From a virus, in IMG/VR virus record IMGVR_UViG_3300028800_001035, positions 1-64,000 of that record: a stretch of 64,000 bases of DNA, one strand, 5' to 3'. The notes below the pieces were generated by a model. The model did not search any database and was not told the origin of the DNA. It saw nothing but the letters and a program-made list of their open reading frames with translations. How positions within the stretch are numbered: the first letter of the stretch is position 1; the number at the start of each line of letters is the position of its first letter. Below, in pieces: positions 1-8,488 of this stretch. The position numbers and the translations under genes are program-made.

Positions 1-129
1 TAACGAAGATCGTCGACGAGGTCGGCGTTAGATCGGGGCCGTCAATCGGCTCCCACGGGAGGGGTTCCCCGAGGAAAAGCTCAGGGGGTCGTCCGGGACG
101 TTCGTGTCCGGGAGATGCGGGGCGAGGGC

Positions 130-490
130 GATTTGATCCAACCATTTTCAAGAGCTCCTTGGGTCGCGTAAGGATATATAATCAGGTCTAATGATTTGAG
201 AGAAGAGTAGATATTATTCTCTATCAAATCATTAGAAGAGAAGATGTATCCTCGCGCGCTACGGAAAACCCCCTGTTCTCTTTTCGTTTACGGTTTTATA
301 TTCGATTTAGTAACAAATAAGAAATATTTTAGCAACAATCGACGGAAATATAATTTCCGTAATTATAAAAAGGTTAATCGAAATACAAGAAATATAATTT
401 CCGTATTATTTATAGGGATTATTCCGCGCTCTCCGCCGAATTACAAACTCGCGTCGGACTACGGCTGGCGCGAAAGAATGTTTCTCGATT
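130..490. promoter_or_regulatory. AT-rich control region (late promoter/operator or origin)
   Basis: Only strongly AT-rich island in a GC-rich window. Inverted repeat TCTAATGATTTGA/TCAAATCATTAGA (187-199/224-236), palindrome ACGGAAAT-ATA-ATTTCCGT (342-360), direct repeat GAAATATAATTTCCGTA (345, 389). Confidence 0.6.
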
Positions 491-525
491 AGTTTCTCGC
501 CCGGGCTTCTCGAGAGGGCTTCGGG

Positions 526-1053
526 TTGGTTGACTATCGCTGGTACGCCGCGCAGGCGCTCGCAGGGCTTGAATCGACCGCAATTCACCACCTATCCCGC
601 GAAGGGATTACCGCCTGGTCTCCCCAGCCGGAGCCAAACCGGCCCGGCCGATTGTTTCCCGGCTATGTTTTCGTCGAGCTCGAGACCCCGGACGATGCCG
701 GGGTCGTCAACCGAACGCGCGGCGTTCACAAGCTCCTCCCGGTTCACGCGAGCACCCCCCTGCCCCTTCCGCATCGCTTCGTCGAGAACCTCCGCGCACT
801 GATCGAGCAGGGGAGCTTTACCGATCGCGCCGTCGCCGAAACGGTCTACAAATTCGTCGAGCACGACGAGATCGTCATCGACGGCGGGCCGTGGGACGGC
901 CACACCGGAGAATTTCTCCGCTACCACAAGAACTGCTCAATCGTTCTTTTGGCTTGCTTCGGTTCGAAAAGGGAACTACCAATACCGCGCGACGTACGGC
1001 TCCTGCCTTCCGGGCGGGGGACGCGGAGCGTAGGCGACCTCGTCGCCGCGTAA
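526..1053 (+). CDS. NusG/RfaH-family transcription antiterminator
   Basis: N-terminal WYA, NGN motif LFPGYVFVE, TRGVHKLL, KOW-like GGPWDGHTGEF; first gene of the late operon. Confidence 0.85.
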   Translation: MVDYRWYAAQALAGLESTAIHHLSREGITAWSPQPEPNRPGRLFPGYVFVELETPDDAGVVNRTRGVHKLLPVHASTPLPLPHRFVENLRALIEQGSFTDRAVAETVYKFVEHDEIVIDGGPWDGHTGEFLRYHKNCSIVLLACFGSKRELPIPRDVRLLPSGRGTRSVGDLVAA

Positions 1054-1163
1054 GGGCAATCAAACATTGAAAGGACGGTCCCGAGCCTCGGCCTCGAGCG
1101 CGTAAGCGGATGCAAATCCGAGAGCGCAGTCCATGAGGGACGCGGCGCGACCGCGACCCCGTT

Positions 1164-1796
1164 ATGCCGATAGCCGGGCAAAAATTGTGCGGGGCCAAAA
1201 CCCGAAAGGGGCGGCCTTGCGAGGACATCGCGATGGCCAACGGGCGCTGCAAGCGACACGGAGGCAAATCGACTGGTGCCAAGACGCCGCAGGTCGCTGA
1301 GATAAACCCCGCCTACAAGTACGGGATTTACGGCAAATATTACAACGACGAGGAGAAGACCCTCATCGACGGTAACGCCTTCAAGGCGGGACAAGTCGAG
1401 GCGGAACTAATCGCCGTCCGCGTTCGCCTCAAGCGCACGCTCGAGGCCCGCGCCGCCTGGGAAGCCTCCCTCGTCAAGACCGAGACCAGCCCCAAGCCGG
1501 ACGGTCAATCGGAACTCGTCCTCGTCGGGATCGAGGAGGGCGAGAAGCCCTTCGGCAAAGACGCGGACGTCATGCCCTTCGAGGCACGGACGTTCAAGCT
1601 CCCCGACTTCGACGCGATTATCGAGCGTTGCCTCCAACGGATTGAGTCCCTCGAGAAGACCCGCAAGGAGCTCCTCAAGGACGACGACGGCGATAACCCG
1701 GAGCCCGGCCGCGACCGCGTGACCTTCTCCGGCGGCCTCAACGGCGGCGACGACGAAGAGCTCCCGTCGCCCTTCGCCCCGAAGACGGAACCGTGA
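1164..1796 (+). CDS. Terminase small subunit (HGGxSTG domain)
   Basis: CGAKTRKGRPC...GRCKRHGGKSTG motif; directly upstream of and overlapping TerL. Confidence 0.8.
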   Translation: MPIAGQKLCGAKTRKGRPCEDIAMANGRCKRHGGKSTGAKTPQVAEINPAYKYGIYGKYYNDEEKTLIDGNAFKAGQVEAELIAVRVRLKRTLEARAAWEASLVKTETSPKPDGQSELVLVGIEEGEKPFGKDADVMPFEARTFKLPDFDAIIERCLQRIESLEKTRKELLKDDDGDNPEPGRDRVTFSGGLNGGDDEELPSPFAPKTEP

Positions 1797-3187
1797 CGCA
1801 TTATCACGTTCCGCTCCCGGTCCTTCACGTCGGTCAGCGAAAGGCGCTCAAGCTCCCCGGCAAGCGGAAGCTCGTCCGCTGCGGCCGCCGCTGGGGTAAG
1901 ACCGACTTCGGCAAGACCCTCGCGATCGACGAAGCCGCCGTCGGTATGCCGGTCGGCTGGTTCGCGCCGGACTACAAGATTTCCTCCGAGGCCTACGACG
2001 AGATGCTCGACGTCGTCGAGTCCTCGGTCCCGACGCTCAAACGGTCCGCCTCGAAGGTCGAGGGCCGGATCAAGACCCGGACGCACGGTCGGGTCGACGT
2101 CTGGACGCTCGAGAACGATCGCGCCGGTCGGTCCCGCAAGTACAAGCGGGTGATCATCGACGAGGCGGCGTTCACGAAGAACGGCCCGAACACCGACATC
2201 GGTTCGATGATGAGCGTCTGGGAACGCTCGATCGAGCCGACCCTCCTCGACCTCGACGGCGATTGCTGGGTTCTCTCGAATACCAACGGCAACGACCCCG
2301 AGAACTTCCTCTACGCGATCTCCCCCTCGGGCGGAGATCCGCCGCGCGAGCCGGGAGGCCCGGGGGCGAAGTACGGCTTCGTCGAATACCACGCCCCGAG
2401 CTGGGCGAACCCGCACGTCCCGAAGCGCCGCCACGACGAGACCGTCGAGGCCTGGCTCCTCCGGCGCGCGGCGACCTTCGCCAAGCTCAAGGCCGAGAAG
2501 CATCCGCTCGTCTTCGCCCAGGAATACGGTGCCGAGTTCGTCGACTGGTCTGGCGTCGCCTTCTTCTCGCTCGAGAAGCTCCTAGCCGAGGGCGTCGCCC
2601 TCCCCTATCCGACGAGCTGCGATTCCGTTTTCGCGGTCATCGACTCCGCGACCAAGACCGGCAAGGCGAACGACTCGACCGCCGTGACGTACTACGCGGT
2701 CAACAAATCGAACCGCACCTACCCCCTGCTCATCCTCGATTGGGACATCGTCCAGATCGAGGGCGCGTTCCTGATCGACTGGCTTCCCTCCGTCCTCCGC
2801 CACCTCGAAGAGCTCGCGGGCCTCGTCGGCGCGCGGATGGGATCGCTCGGCGCGTTCGTCGAGGACAAGGATAGCGGGCAGATCCTCCTTCAGGCGGCGA
2901 CCGCCAAGAGGCTGCCGGCCACGCCGGTCCCCTCCGAGCTGACCGCGATCGGGAAGGACGAGCGGGCGCTCAAGGCGAGCGACCACGTCTACCCGGGCCG
3001 GGTCAAGCTGACCGACGTCGCCCACGACAAGGTCAAGGATCACAAGGGGACGACGCGCAACCACCTCGTCGCGCAGGTCACCGGCTTCCGGGTCGGCGAC
3101 AAGGACGCCGCCAAGCGGGCGGACGACCTCCTCGACACGTTCACGTACGGGGTCTGCCTAGCGTTGGGAGATGCCGATGGGCTTTAA
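1793..3187 (+). CDS. Terminase large subunit
   Basis: Walker A CGRRWGKT, Walker B VIIDEAAF, nuclease acidic residues (VIDSA, ADDLLD). Confidence 0.93.
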   Translation: MTHYHVPLPVLHVGQRKALKLPGKRKLVRCGRRWGKTDFGKTLAIDEAAVGMPVGWFAPDYKISSEAYDEMLDVVESSVPTLKRSASKVEGRIKTRTHGRVDVWTLENDRAGRSRKYKRVIIDEAAFTKNGPNTDIGSMMSVWERSIEPTLLDLDGDCWVLSNTNGNDPENFLYAISPSGGDPPREPGGPGAKYGFVEYHAPSWANPHVPKRRHDETVEAWLLRRAATFAKLKAEKHPLVFAQEYGAEFVDWSGVAFFSLEKLLAEGVALPYPTSCDSVFAVIDSATKTGKANDSTAVTYYAVNKSNRTYPLLILDWDIVQIEGAFLIDWLPSVLRHLEELAGLVGARMGSLGAFVEDKDSGQILLQAATAKRLPATPVPSELTAIGKDERALKASDHVYPGRVKLTDVAHDKVKDHKGTTRNHLVAQVTGFRVGDKDAAKRADDLLDTFTYGVCLALGDADGL

Positions 3188-3275
3188 GCGCGGCTACGCC
3201 TACGAACTGACCCTCCTCGTCGCCGCCGTCTTCGTCGCCGTCATCGCGGTCGCGGTCCTCGTTCTCGGGAAATGA
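3171..3275 (+). CDS. Small membrane peptide (34 aa)
   Basis: Own translation MPMGFKRGYAYELTLLVAAVFVAVIAVAVLVLGK; single TM, fills the gap in the operon. Confidence 0.5.
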   Translation: MPMGFKRGYAYELTLLVAAVFVAVIAVAVLVLGK

Positions 3276-3276
3276 T

Positions 3277-3480
3277 TTGATGCAACTCGGCGCAACCCTC
3301 AAGGACGTCTTCGGCGGACAGCCGGGCTGGCTCAAGGCCGTCCCGGAGGGAACCGTCTTCGACTTCTCGGTCGGCCGCGTCGAAGGGCCCGGCGGGGCGC
3401 TCGTCCGGAGCCCGGCCTCCGGCCGCTGGGTCTTCGCGATTTCCCCCGCGCAGCTCGGCCCGGCGGAGGTCCGGTCGTGA
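3277..3480 (+). CDS. Hypothetical protein
   Basis: ORF tiles between neighbours with genome-typical codon usage. Confidence 0.55.
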   Translation: MMQLGATLKDVFGGQPGWLKAVPEGTVFDFSVGRVEGPGGALVRSPASGRWVFAISPAQLGPAEVRS

Positions 3481-3614
3481 GCTTCGACCCGAAACGCTTC
3501 GAGGACGACGCCTGGTCCGACCTCCGCGTCGGGCCGTTCATCGTCGTCTTGATGATCGCCGCCGGGATCGGCGCGCTCTTCGCCTGCTTCGTCTACGGGG
3601 TCGGCCCGCTGTGA
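3477..3614 (+). CDS. Small membrane protein (45 aa)
   Basis: GTGA overlaps at both ends; MSFDPKRFEDDAWSDLRVGPFIVVLMIAAGIGALFACFVYGVGPL. Confidence 0.55.
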   Translation: MSFDPKRFEDDAWSDLRVGPFIVVLMIAAGIGALFACFVYGVGPL

Positions 3615-5122
3615 GCACCGTTACCGTCAACGGCTCCCGGCTCGGGACCTCGCTTCAGTCGATGCTCGAGGCGGACGAGATCGTCCCCGGCGCGGAGCCG
3701 AGCTACGAGCTCTGCAAGATCATCTATTCCTTCCATCCGCTCGGCGCGAAGATGGTCGACTCGCCGATCAAGGCGGCCCAGTCGCAGTCCCGGGAGATCA
3801 CGGTCGGGAACGCCCCCGACGACGTCCCGGAAGCCTTCGTCAAGGAATGGCTCGCGATCGGCGCGGACGACCACATCCGGGCGCTCGGTTCGCTCGCGCG
3901 GATCTACGGTATCGCCTCCCTCGCCGTCTTGACCGTCGGGAAAGACCCCTCGACCCCGTTCGACCCGGCGAAGTCCGCGACCGAGAAGCTCGCCTTCAAC
4001 ACCTACGACCCGCTCAACACGGCGGGCTCCTTGGTCCTCGACCAGAACCCGAACTCGCCGGACTTTCAGAAGCACGCGAGTATCGCGGTCGCGGGGAAGC
4101 GGTACGCCCGGAACCGGAGCGTGACGCTCCTCAACGAGCGCCCCCTGTATATCGAATATACGTCCTCGGCCTTCGGCTTCGTCGGTCGGTCCGTCTATCA
4201 GCGCCCGCTCTACCTCCTCAAGTCGTTCGTCCAGACGATGATAACGGACGATATGGTCTCGAAGAAGGCCGGGCTGATTATCGCCTTCATCAAGGGCGCG
4301 GGCTCCGTCGTCGACAATATGATGATGAAGTTCACCGGGATGAAGCGGTCCCTCCTCAAGCAGGGGGTCGTCGACAACGTTCTCTCGATGGGCCCGGACG
4401 ACAAGGTCGAGTCGCTCAACCTTCAAAACCTCGACGGGGCGTTCGGGAACTCCCGCTCGAACATCATCAAGAACATCGCGACGTCGATCGACGCGCCCGC
4501 CGCCCTCCTCGAGAACGAGTCCCTGACCGAGGGCTTCGGCGAGGGGACCGAGGACGCGAAGATGATCGCCTCCTACGTCGACGGCTTCCGCAAGTGGCTC
4601 GCCCCCGCTTACGCCTTCTTCGACCCGATCGTCATGCGCCGGGCCTGGAACCCGGACTTCTTCAAGATCATGGCGAAGCGGTTCCCCGAGGAGTACGGCG
4701 GGCGCGACTACGAGGAGGTCTTCCTCGAGTGGCGCGATGCCTTCGCCGCGAACTGGCCGTCGCTCATCAAGGAGCCCGACTCCGAGCTCGTCAAGGTCGA
4801 GGACGTCAAGTTCAAGGCCCTGCTCGCAACCGCCGAGATACTCGCGCCGCAGCTCGACCCGGAGAACAAGGGCACCCTGATCGAGTGGGTCGCGGACAAC
4901 CTCAACGAGAACAAGCTCCTCTTCGCCCACCCGCTCGAGCTCGACATCGACCTCCTCCGCGCCTGGAAGCCCGAGGTCGCCGAGGGCGAGGACGGCGTCA
5001 AGGGGATCGGCGTCAACGAGAAGCTCGACGCCGCGCCGGGCGGGCACAACGCGATCAAATACTACGAGGACGCCGTCAAGCGCCTCCCGCTCCGCTTGAT
5101 CGACCGGAAGACCGGGACTTGA
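3611..5122 (+). CDS. Portal protein (DUF1073-like)
   Basis: 503 aa, position after TerL, ARIYG motif, FGFVGRSV and C-terminal NWPSL typical of this portal family. Confidence 0.85.
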   Translation: MSTVTVNGSRLGTSLQSMLEADEIVPGAEPSYELCKIIYSFHPLGAKMVDSPIKAAQSQSREITVGNAPDDVPEAFVKEWLAIGADDHIRALGSLARIYGIASLAVLTVGKDPSTPFDPAKSATEKLAFNTYDPLNTAGSLVLDQNPNSPDFQKHASIAVAGKRYARNRSVTLLNERPLYIEYTSSAFGFVGRSVYQRPLYLLKSFVQTMITDDMVSKKAGLIIAFIKGAGSVVDNMMMKFTGMKRSLLKQGVVDNVLSMGPDDKVESLNLQNLDGAFGNSRSNIIKNIATSIDAPAALLENESLTEGFGEGTEDAKMIASYVDGFRKWLAPAYAFFDPIVMRRAWNPDFFKIMAKRFPEEYGGRDYEEVFLEWRDAFAANWPSLIKEPDSELVKVEDVKFKALLATAEILAPQLDPENKGTLIEWVADNLNENKLLFAHPLELDIDLLRAWKPEVAEGEDGVKGIGVNEKLDAAPGGHNAIKYYEDAVKRLPLRLIDRKTGT

Positions 5123-5334
5123 GCGCGCCCCTCGGCGAGGACGTCCTCGCCTCGCTCAACGAGGCCGTCATGCACAAGACCGCGATGGACCGCGACCTCA
5201 ACAAGCTCCGCGACGCCGTCACGCGTCGCGACTGGGCCGCCGTCGAGGAGATCCGGTTCGGGCTCCACACCGCGATGGACGGCTACGTCGACGCCTACGC
5301 GACGGCGGGCCGCCGCCTGATGCACGCGCTATGA
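5119..5334 (+). CDS. Hypothetical protein
   Basis: TTGA overlap with the portal stop; real part of the 3847..5334 ORF (MSAPLGEDV...). Confidence 0.55.
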   Translation: MSAPLGEDVLASLNEAVMHKTAMDRDLNKLRDAVTRRDWAAVEEIRFGLHTAMDGYVDAYATAGRRLMHAL

Positions 5335-5723
5335 GCTGGCGTCGGCGCTGCAAGAAGAAAATCTCGAACGAGGAACTCGCCGTCAAGCTCGACGTTGTCC
5401 TTCTCGCTATAGCCTCCCTTTCGACGCAACTTTCAACCACGGAGAACAAGCTCATGTCGGCAGACGACGACCTCAAAACAGCCATCAGCGCCCTCGCGGA
5501 TTCCGTCGGGGCAATGCAGACCGCCGTCGCGGCGGAAGGCGCGGACATCGCGACCTTGACCGCGACGATCGCCAACGCCTCGAACGACCCGGTCGTCGTC
5601 GACGCCGTTGCCAAGATCAACGCGGCGGTCACGAATATCAATACGGCGACGGCCGCTGCGGTCGCCGCCGTGACGCCCGTTGCCGCCGCCGCGCCCCCTG
5701 TCCAGCCCGCCGTCGGTTCTTAA
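5331..5723 (+). CDS. Ala-rich coiled-coil protein
   Basis: ATGA overlap; may start at the internal ATG near 5454. Confidence 0.55.
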   Translation: MSWRRRCKKKISNEELAVKLDVVLLAIASLSTQLSTTENKLMSADDDLKTAISALADSVGAMQTAVAAEGADIATLTATIANASNDPVVVDAVAKINAAVTNINTATAAAVAAVTPVAAAAPPVQPAVGS

Positions 5724-5730
5724 CGCCTAA

Positions 5731-6585
5731 ATGCCCGGCTCGAGCAAGGAGGCCGAGTACCGCCGCGTCGTCGACGAAGCGGTAAACGACCTCGCCGAGC
5801 ACGGGTTCGATTCGGCCGAGCGCGTCGCGTACTGGGAGGAGCGGATTCGCCGCGCCGCCGAGGCCGCGATGGGCCCGTCCGCCAAGATGGAAGAAATGCT
5901 CCGCGAGCTCCTCGCCGCGACCTACAAGAAGATGGTCGAGCGCGGGAAGATCGCGGACTTCCACCCGGGCGTCGCCCGCTGGACGATCGAGCGGATCAAG
6001 CCCGAACTCCGCGCCGAGCTCGACCGCCGGATAATGGCGAGCGCGCAACTGATCCGCCTCAAGCGGAAGCAGCGGATCGAGGAAACCGTCGCCCGCTTCT
6101 CCGGTTGGGCGACAAGCCTCCCCAAGGGTGGAAGCGCCGAGCCCGACAAGGCCGCCGAGAAGGCGCGGGTCAAGAAGCCGATCGCCTCGCTCCCCTTCGA
6201 GGAGCGCCGGGTCTTAATCGACCAGGGGCACAAGCTAACCTCGTCGCTCAACTCCGTCGTCGCTACCGGCGGCGGCGCGATCGCCGGGGTCTGGCGCTCG
6301 CACTGGCGGCAGCCCGGCTACGACTACCGCGAGGACCACAAGGAGCGCGACGAGCTCGTCTACACGATCTCCGGCTCCTGGGCCCTCGAGAAGGGCCTAA
6401 TCCGCAAGTCGCCGAACGGGCACACCGACGAGATCACGCAACCGGCCGAAGAGCCGTTCTGCCGTTGCTTCTACCGCTACGTCTATACGCTCGGGCAGCT
6501 CGCCAAGCTCGCGCCGGACCTCTTGACCAAGAAGGGCGAGGCCGCCCTGGCCGAAGCCCGCGAGAAGATCGCGGCGATGGCATGA
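5731..6585 (+). CDS. Head morphogenesis protein (Mu gpF/SPP1 gp7-like)
   Basis: W-x-S...YDYREDH and PAEEPFCRC motifs, position after the portal. Confidence 0.8.
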   Translation: MPGSSKEAEYRRVVDEAVNDLAEHGFDSAERVAYWEERIRRAAEAAMGPSAKMEEMLRELLAATYKKMVERGKIADFHPGVARWTIERIKPELRAELDRRIMASAQLIRLKRKQRIEETVARFSGWATSLPKGGSAEPDKAAEKARVKKPIASLPFEERRVLIDQGHKLTSSLNSVVATGGGAIAGVWRSHWRQPGYDYREDHKERDELVYTISGSWALEKGLIRKSPNGHTDEITQPAEEPFCRCFYRYVYTLGQLAKLAPDLLTKKGEAALAEAREKIAAMA

Positions 6586-6929
6586 GCGGCGAGAGCGACT
6601 GGACGATCAGGACGCTCAAGAAGCACTTCGACCGCCGCTTCAAGGACCAAGACCGCGCCGTCTCGAAGGCGCTCGCGGCGACCGAGAAGCGATTCGACTC
6701 CGTCAACGAGTTTCGCCAGACCCTCGCCGACCAGCAGACGACGTTCGTCCGGAACGACGTCGCGAATACGCGGTTCACGGCGATCGAGGCGCAGATCGCG
6801 CGGATCACCGACCGCGAGACCGAGGTCAAGGCGCGCGGCGACGGGCGCAACGACGTCTGGGGTCGTCTCCTCGCCATCGTCGCGATCGCCATCTCGGCGG
6901 TCGCCTTGTTCTTCAAATTGAAGGGATAG
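6582..6929 (+). CDS. Hypothetical protein with C-terminal TM
   Basis: ATGA overlap (MSGESDW...), hydrophobic C-terminus. Confidence 0.6.
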   Translation: MSGESDWTIRTLKKHFDRRFKDQDRAVSKALAATEKRFDSVNEFRQTLADQQTTFVRNDVANTRFTAIEAQIARITDRETEVKARGDGRNDVWGRLLAIVAIAISAVALFFKLKG

Positions 6930-6933
6930 CCGC

Positions 6934-7098
6934 ATGAGCCCCCTGCTCCTCCTCCTGATCGTCCTCGTCCTCATCGGCGTCTTCTCCGCCCCGACTTGGG
7001 GGTACGCGCAGAATTGGGGCTACGGCCCGAGCGGCGGGATCGGGCTCATCGTCTTGATCCTCGTCATCCTCGTCCTCGTCGGAAGGATTCGCCTGTGA
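6934..7098 (+). CDS. DUF3309-like small membrane protein (54 aa)
   Basis: MSPLLLLLIVLVLIGVFSAPTWGYAQNWGYGPSGGIGLIVLILVILVLVGRIRL has the PTW...WGYGPSGG signature; absent from the ORF track. Confidence 0.7.
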   Translation: MSPLLLLLIVLVLIGVFSAPTWGYAQNWGYGPSGGIGLIVLILVILVLVGRIRL

Positions 7099-7427
7099 CC
7101 GACAATACCCGAGCCGCCGCCTTCGCGACGCCCGTCTTCCTCGTCCCGCCCGTCGGCGCGGCGGTCAAGAACGTCGCGACCGCGACGACGACCCTCGTCA
7201 AAACCGGCCCCGGGACTTTGCTCGGCGTCTCGATCAACACCGGCGGCGCGGGCTCCGACTTCAAGGTCTACGACGGGCTCGACGCGACCGGGACGCTCCT
7301 CGGAACGTTCTCGAGCGCGGCGCAGGGGGTGATAAACCTCCCCGGCGGCGGAATCAATTTCCTCGTCGGCCTTTGCGTCGTCACCGAGAACGGAACGCCA
7401 GCGAACATTACAATCAGCTACGTCTAG
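7095..7427 (+). CDS. Small beta-rich structural protein, paralog of 15404..15784
   Basis: GTG start (MTDNTRAAAF); shares G.L.G...NT.G......YDG....GT.LGTFS..AQ with 15404. Confidence 0.65.
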   Translation: MTDNTRAAAFATPVFLVPPVGAAVKNVATATTTLVKTGPGTLLGVSINTGGAGSDFKVYDGLDATGTLLGTFSSAAQGVINLPGGGINFLVGLCVVTENGTPANITISYV

Positions 7428-7440
7428 GAAGGGCAATCCA

Positions 7441-7644
7441 ATGGCAAAGCCGAGAGCTACCGCGTCGAAGCGCGCGAAGCCGTCCCCGAAGCGAAAACGC
7501 GGAGGCAAGCCTCGCGTCCCGAAGGAGATCGGGGCGGTCGTCCCCGGGCGCGATCAAATCGACGACGTTCCGATCGCGCCAGATCCCCCGCCTCGCGGAC
7601 GCTTCCGCCGCGCCTGGCGCTTCTTCTTCGGACCGAGGAGCTAG
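7441..7644 (+). CDS. Small basic protein
   Basis: K/R-rich N-terminus, AAGGGCAA leader. Confidence 0.55.
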   Translation: MAKPRATASKRAKPSPKRKRGGKPRVPKEIGAVVPGRDQIDDVPIAPDPPPRGRFRRAWRFFFGPRS

Positions 7645-7646
7645 AT

Positions 7647-7802
7647 ATGCATTTCGGACACGAGACTTCCGACGTCCTCGACTACCTCGTCTTCGGCCTC
7701 GTCGCCGGGTTCGGCTGGGCGATCTCGACCTGGGTCTGGGCCCAGATTACCGGGCGCTGGTTCGTTCGCACTTCGCCGCCTCCGCCCCCTCCGGTCCGCT
7801 GA
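7647..7802 (+). CDS. Small membrane protein (51 aa)
   Basis: GAGGAG RBS; MHFGHETSDVLDYLVFGLVAGFGWAISTWVWAQITGRW... Confidence 0.55.
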   Translation: MHFGHETSDVLDYLVFGLVAGFGWAISTWVWAQITGRWFVRTSPPPPPPVR

Positions 7803-8488
7803 TGCCGCTCGAGGGAGGATCGTCGAAGACCGCGATCTCGCACAATATCGCGACCGAGCGCAACGCGGGCAAGCCGGAGAAGCAGGCTATCGCGATCGCC
7901 GAGAACAAGGCGCGCGGAGATTCCGAGCCTTCGAACGCGAAGGAATGGGAAGCTCTTATACGGCACGCCTATGAGCGGCAGGACGACAAGCTCGGCAAGC
8001 GTCTCGAGGCGAAATACAAAGAGTGGAAGGCGCGTAACGACTCTCTCGAGCCTTCCCCCTTCGGCCGTGAGGAGCGCGCCGCCAAGCTCTCGGAGGCGGG
8101 CGACGCCGCGTTCTTGATGGGCGCGATTGATGAGCTCAAGAGCCGGATCGACGCCGCGTCGACACCGAAGAAGCCTCCCGAAGGCGGCAAGTACGATCCG
8201 ATCGCCGTGAACAAAGAAATAAACAAGGACAAGCGAATCAAACCCGGCGAGGCGAAGTTAATCCACGCCGTGCTCAAGGGGCGCGGTGACGAGGACAAAG
8301 ACGCCCGCGCCGATTGGAACGCATACCCTTCCTATACGCTCGCCGAACTCAAGTCGATGGTCGCGAAGGCGACCGACCCCGCGAGTAAGGTGAAGATGCA
8401 GAAAGAAATAGAGGATCGCGAAGCAGGTCGGTCAGTTCATCGTCCGACGCCACAGGTCGACTGGAAAGACGTAAAGATTCGCCGATGA
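7802..8488 (+). CDS. Putative internal head protein
   Basis: TGATG coupling; N-terminal MPLEGGSSKTAISHNIATE..AGKPEKQAIAIA motif typical of head modules. Confidence 0.6.
   Translation: MPLEGGSSKTAISHNIATERNAGKPEKQAIAIAENKARGDSEPSNAKEWEALIRHAYERQDDKLGKRLEAKYKEWKARNDSLEPSPFGREERAAKLSEAGDAAFLMGAIDELKSRIDAASTPKKPPEGGKYDPIAVNKEINKDKRIKPGEAKLIHAVLKGRGDEDKDARADWNAYPSYTLAELKSMVAKATDPASKVKMQKEIEDREAGRSVHRPTPQVDWKDVKIRR

Noticed and set aside
130-490. CtrA boxes in the control region
   Set aside because: No full TTAA-N7-TTAA site was found by eye.
244-492. 82-aa ORF in the AT-rich region
   Set aside because: Atypical composition, and it overlaps palindromes and repeats; more likely non-coding.
3611-5122. 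Anti-CBASS Acb1 label sometimes attached to this family
   Set aside because: Size and position indicate a portal, and no HxT/S phosphodiesterase pair is evident.
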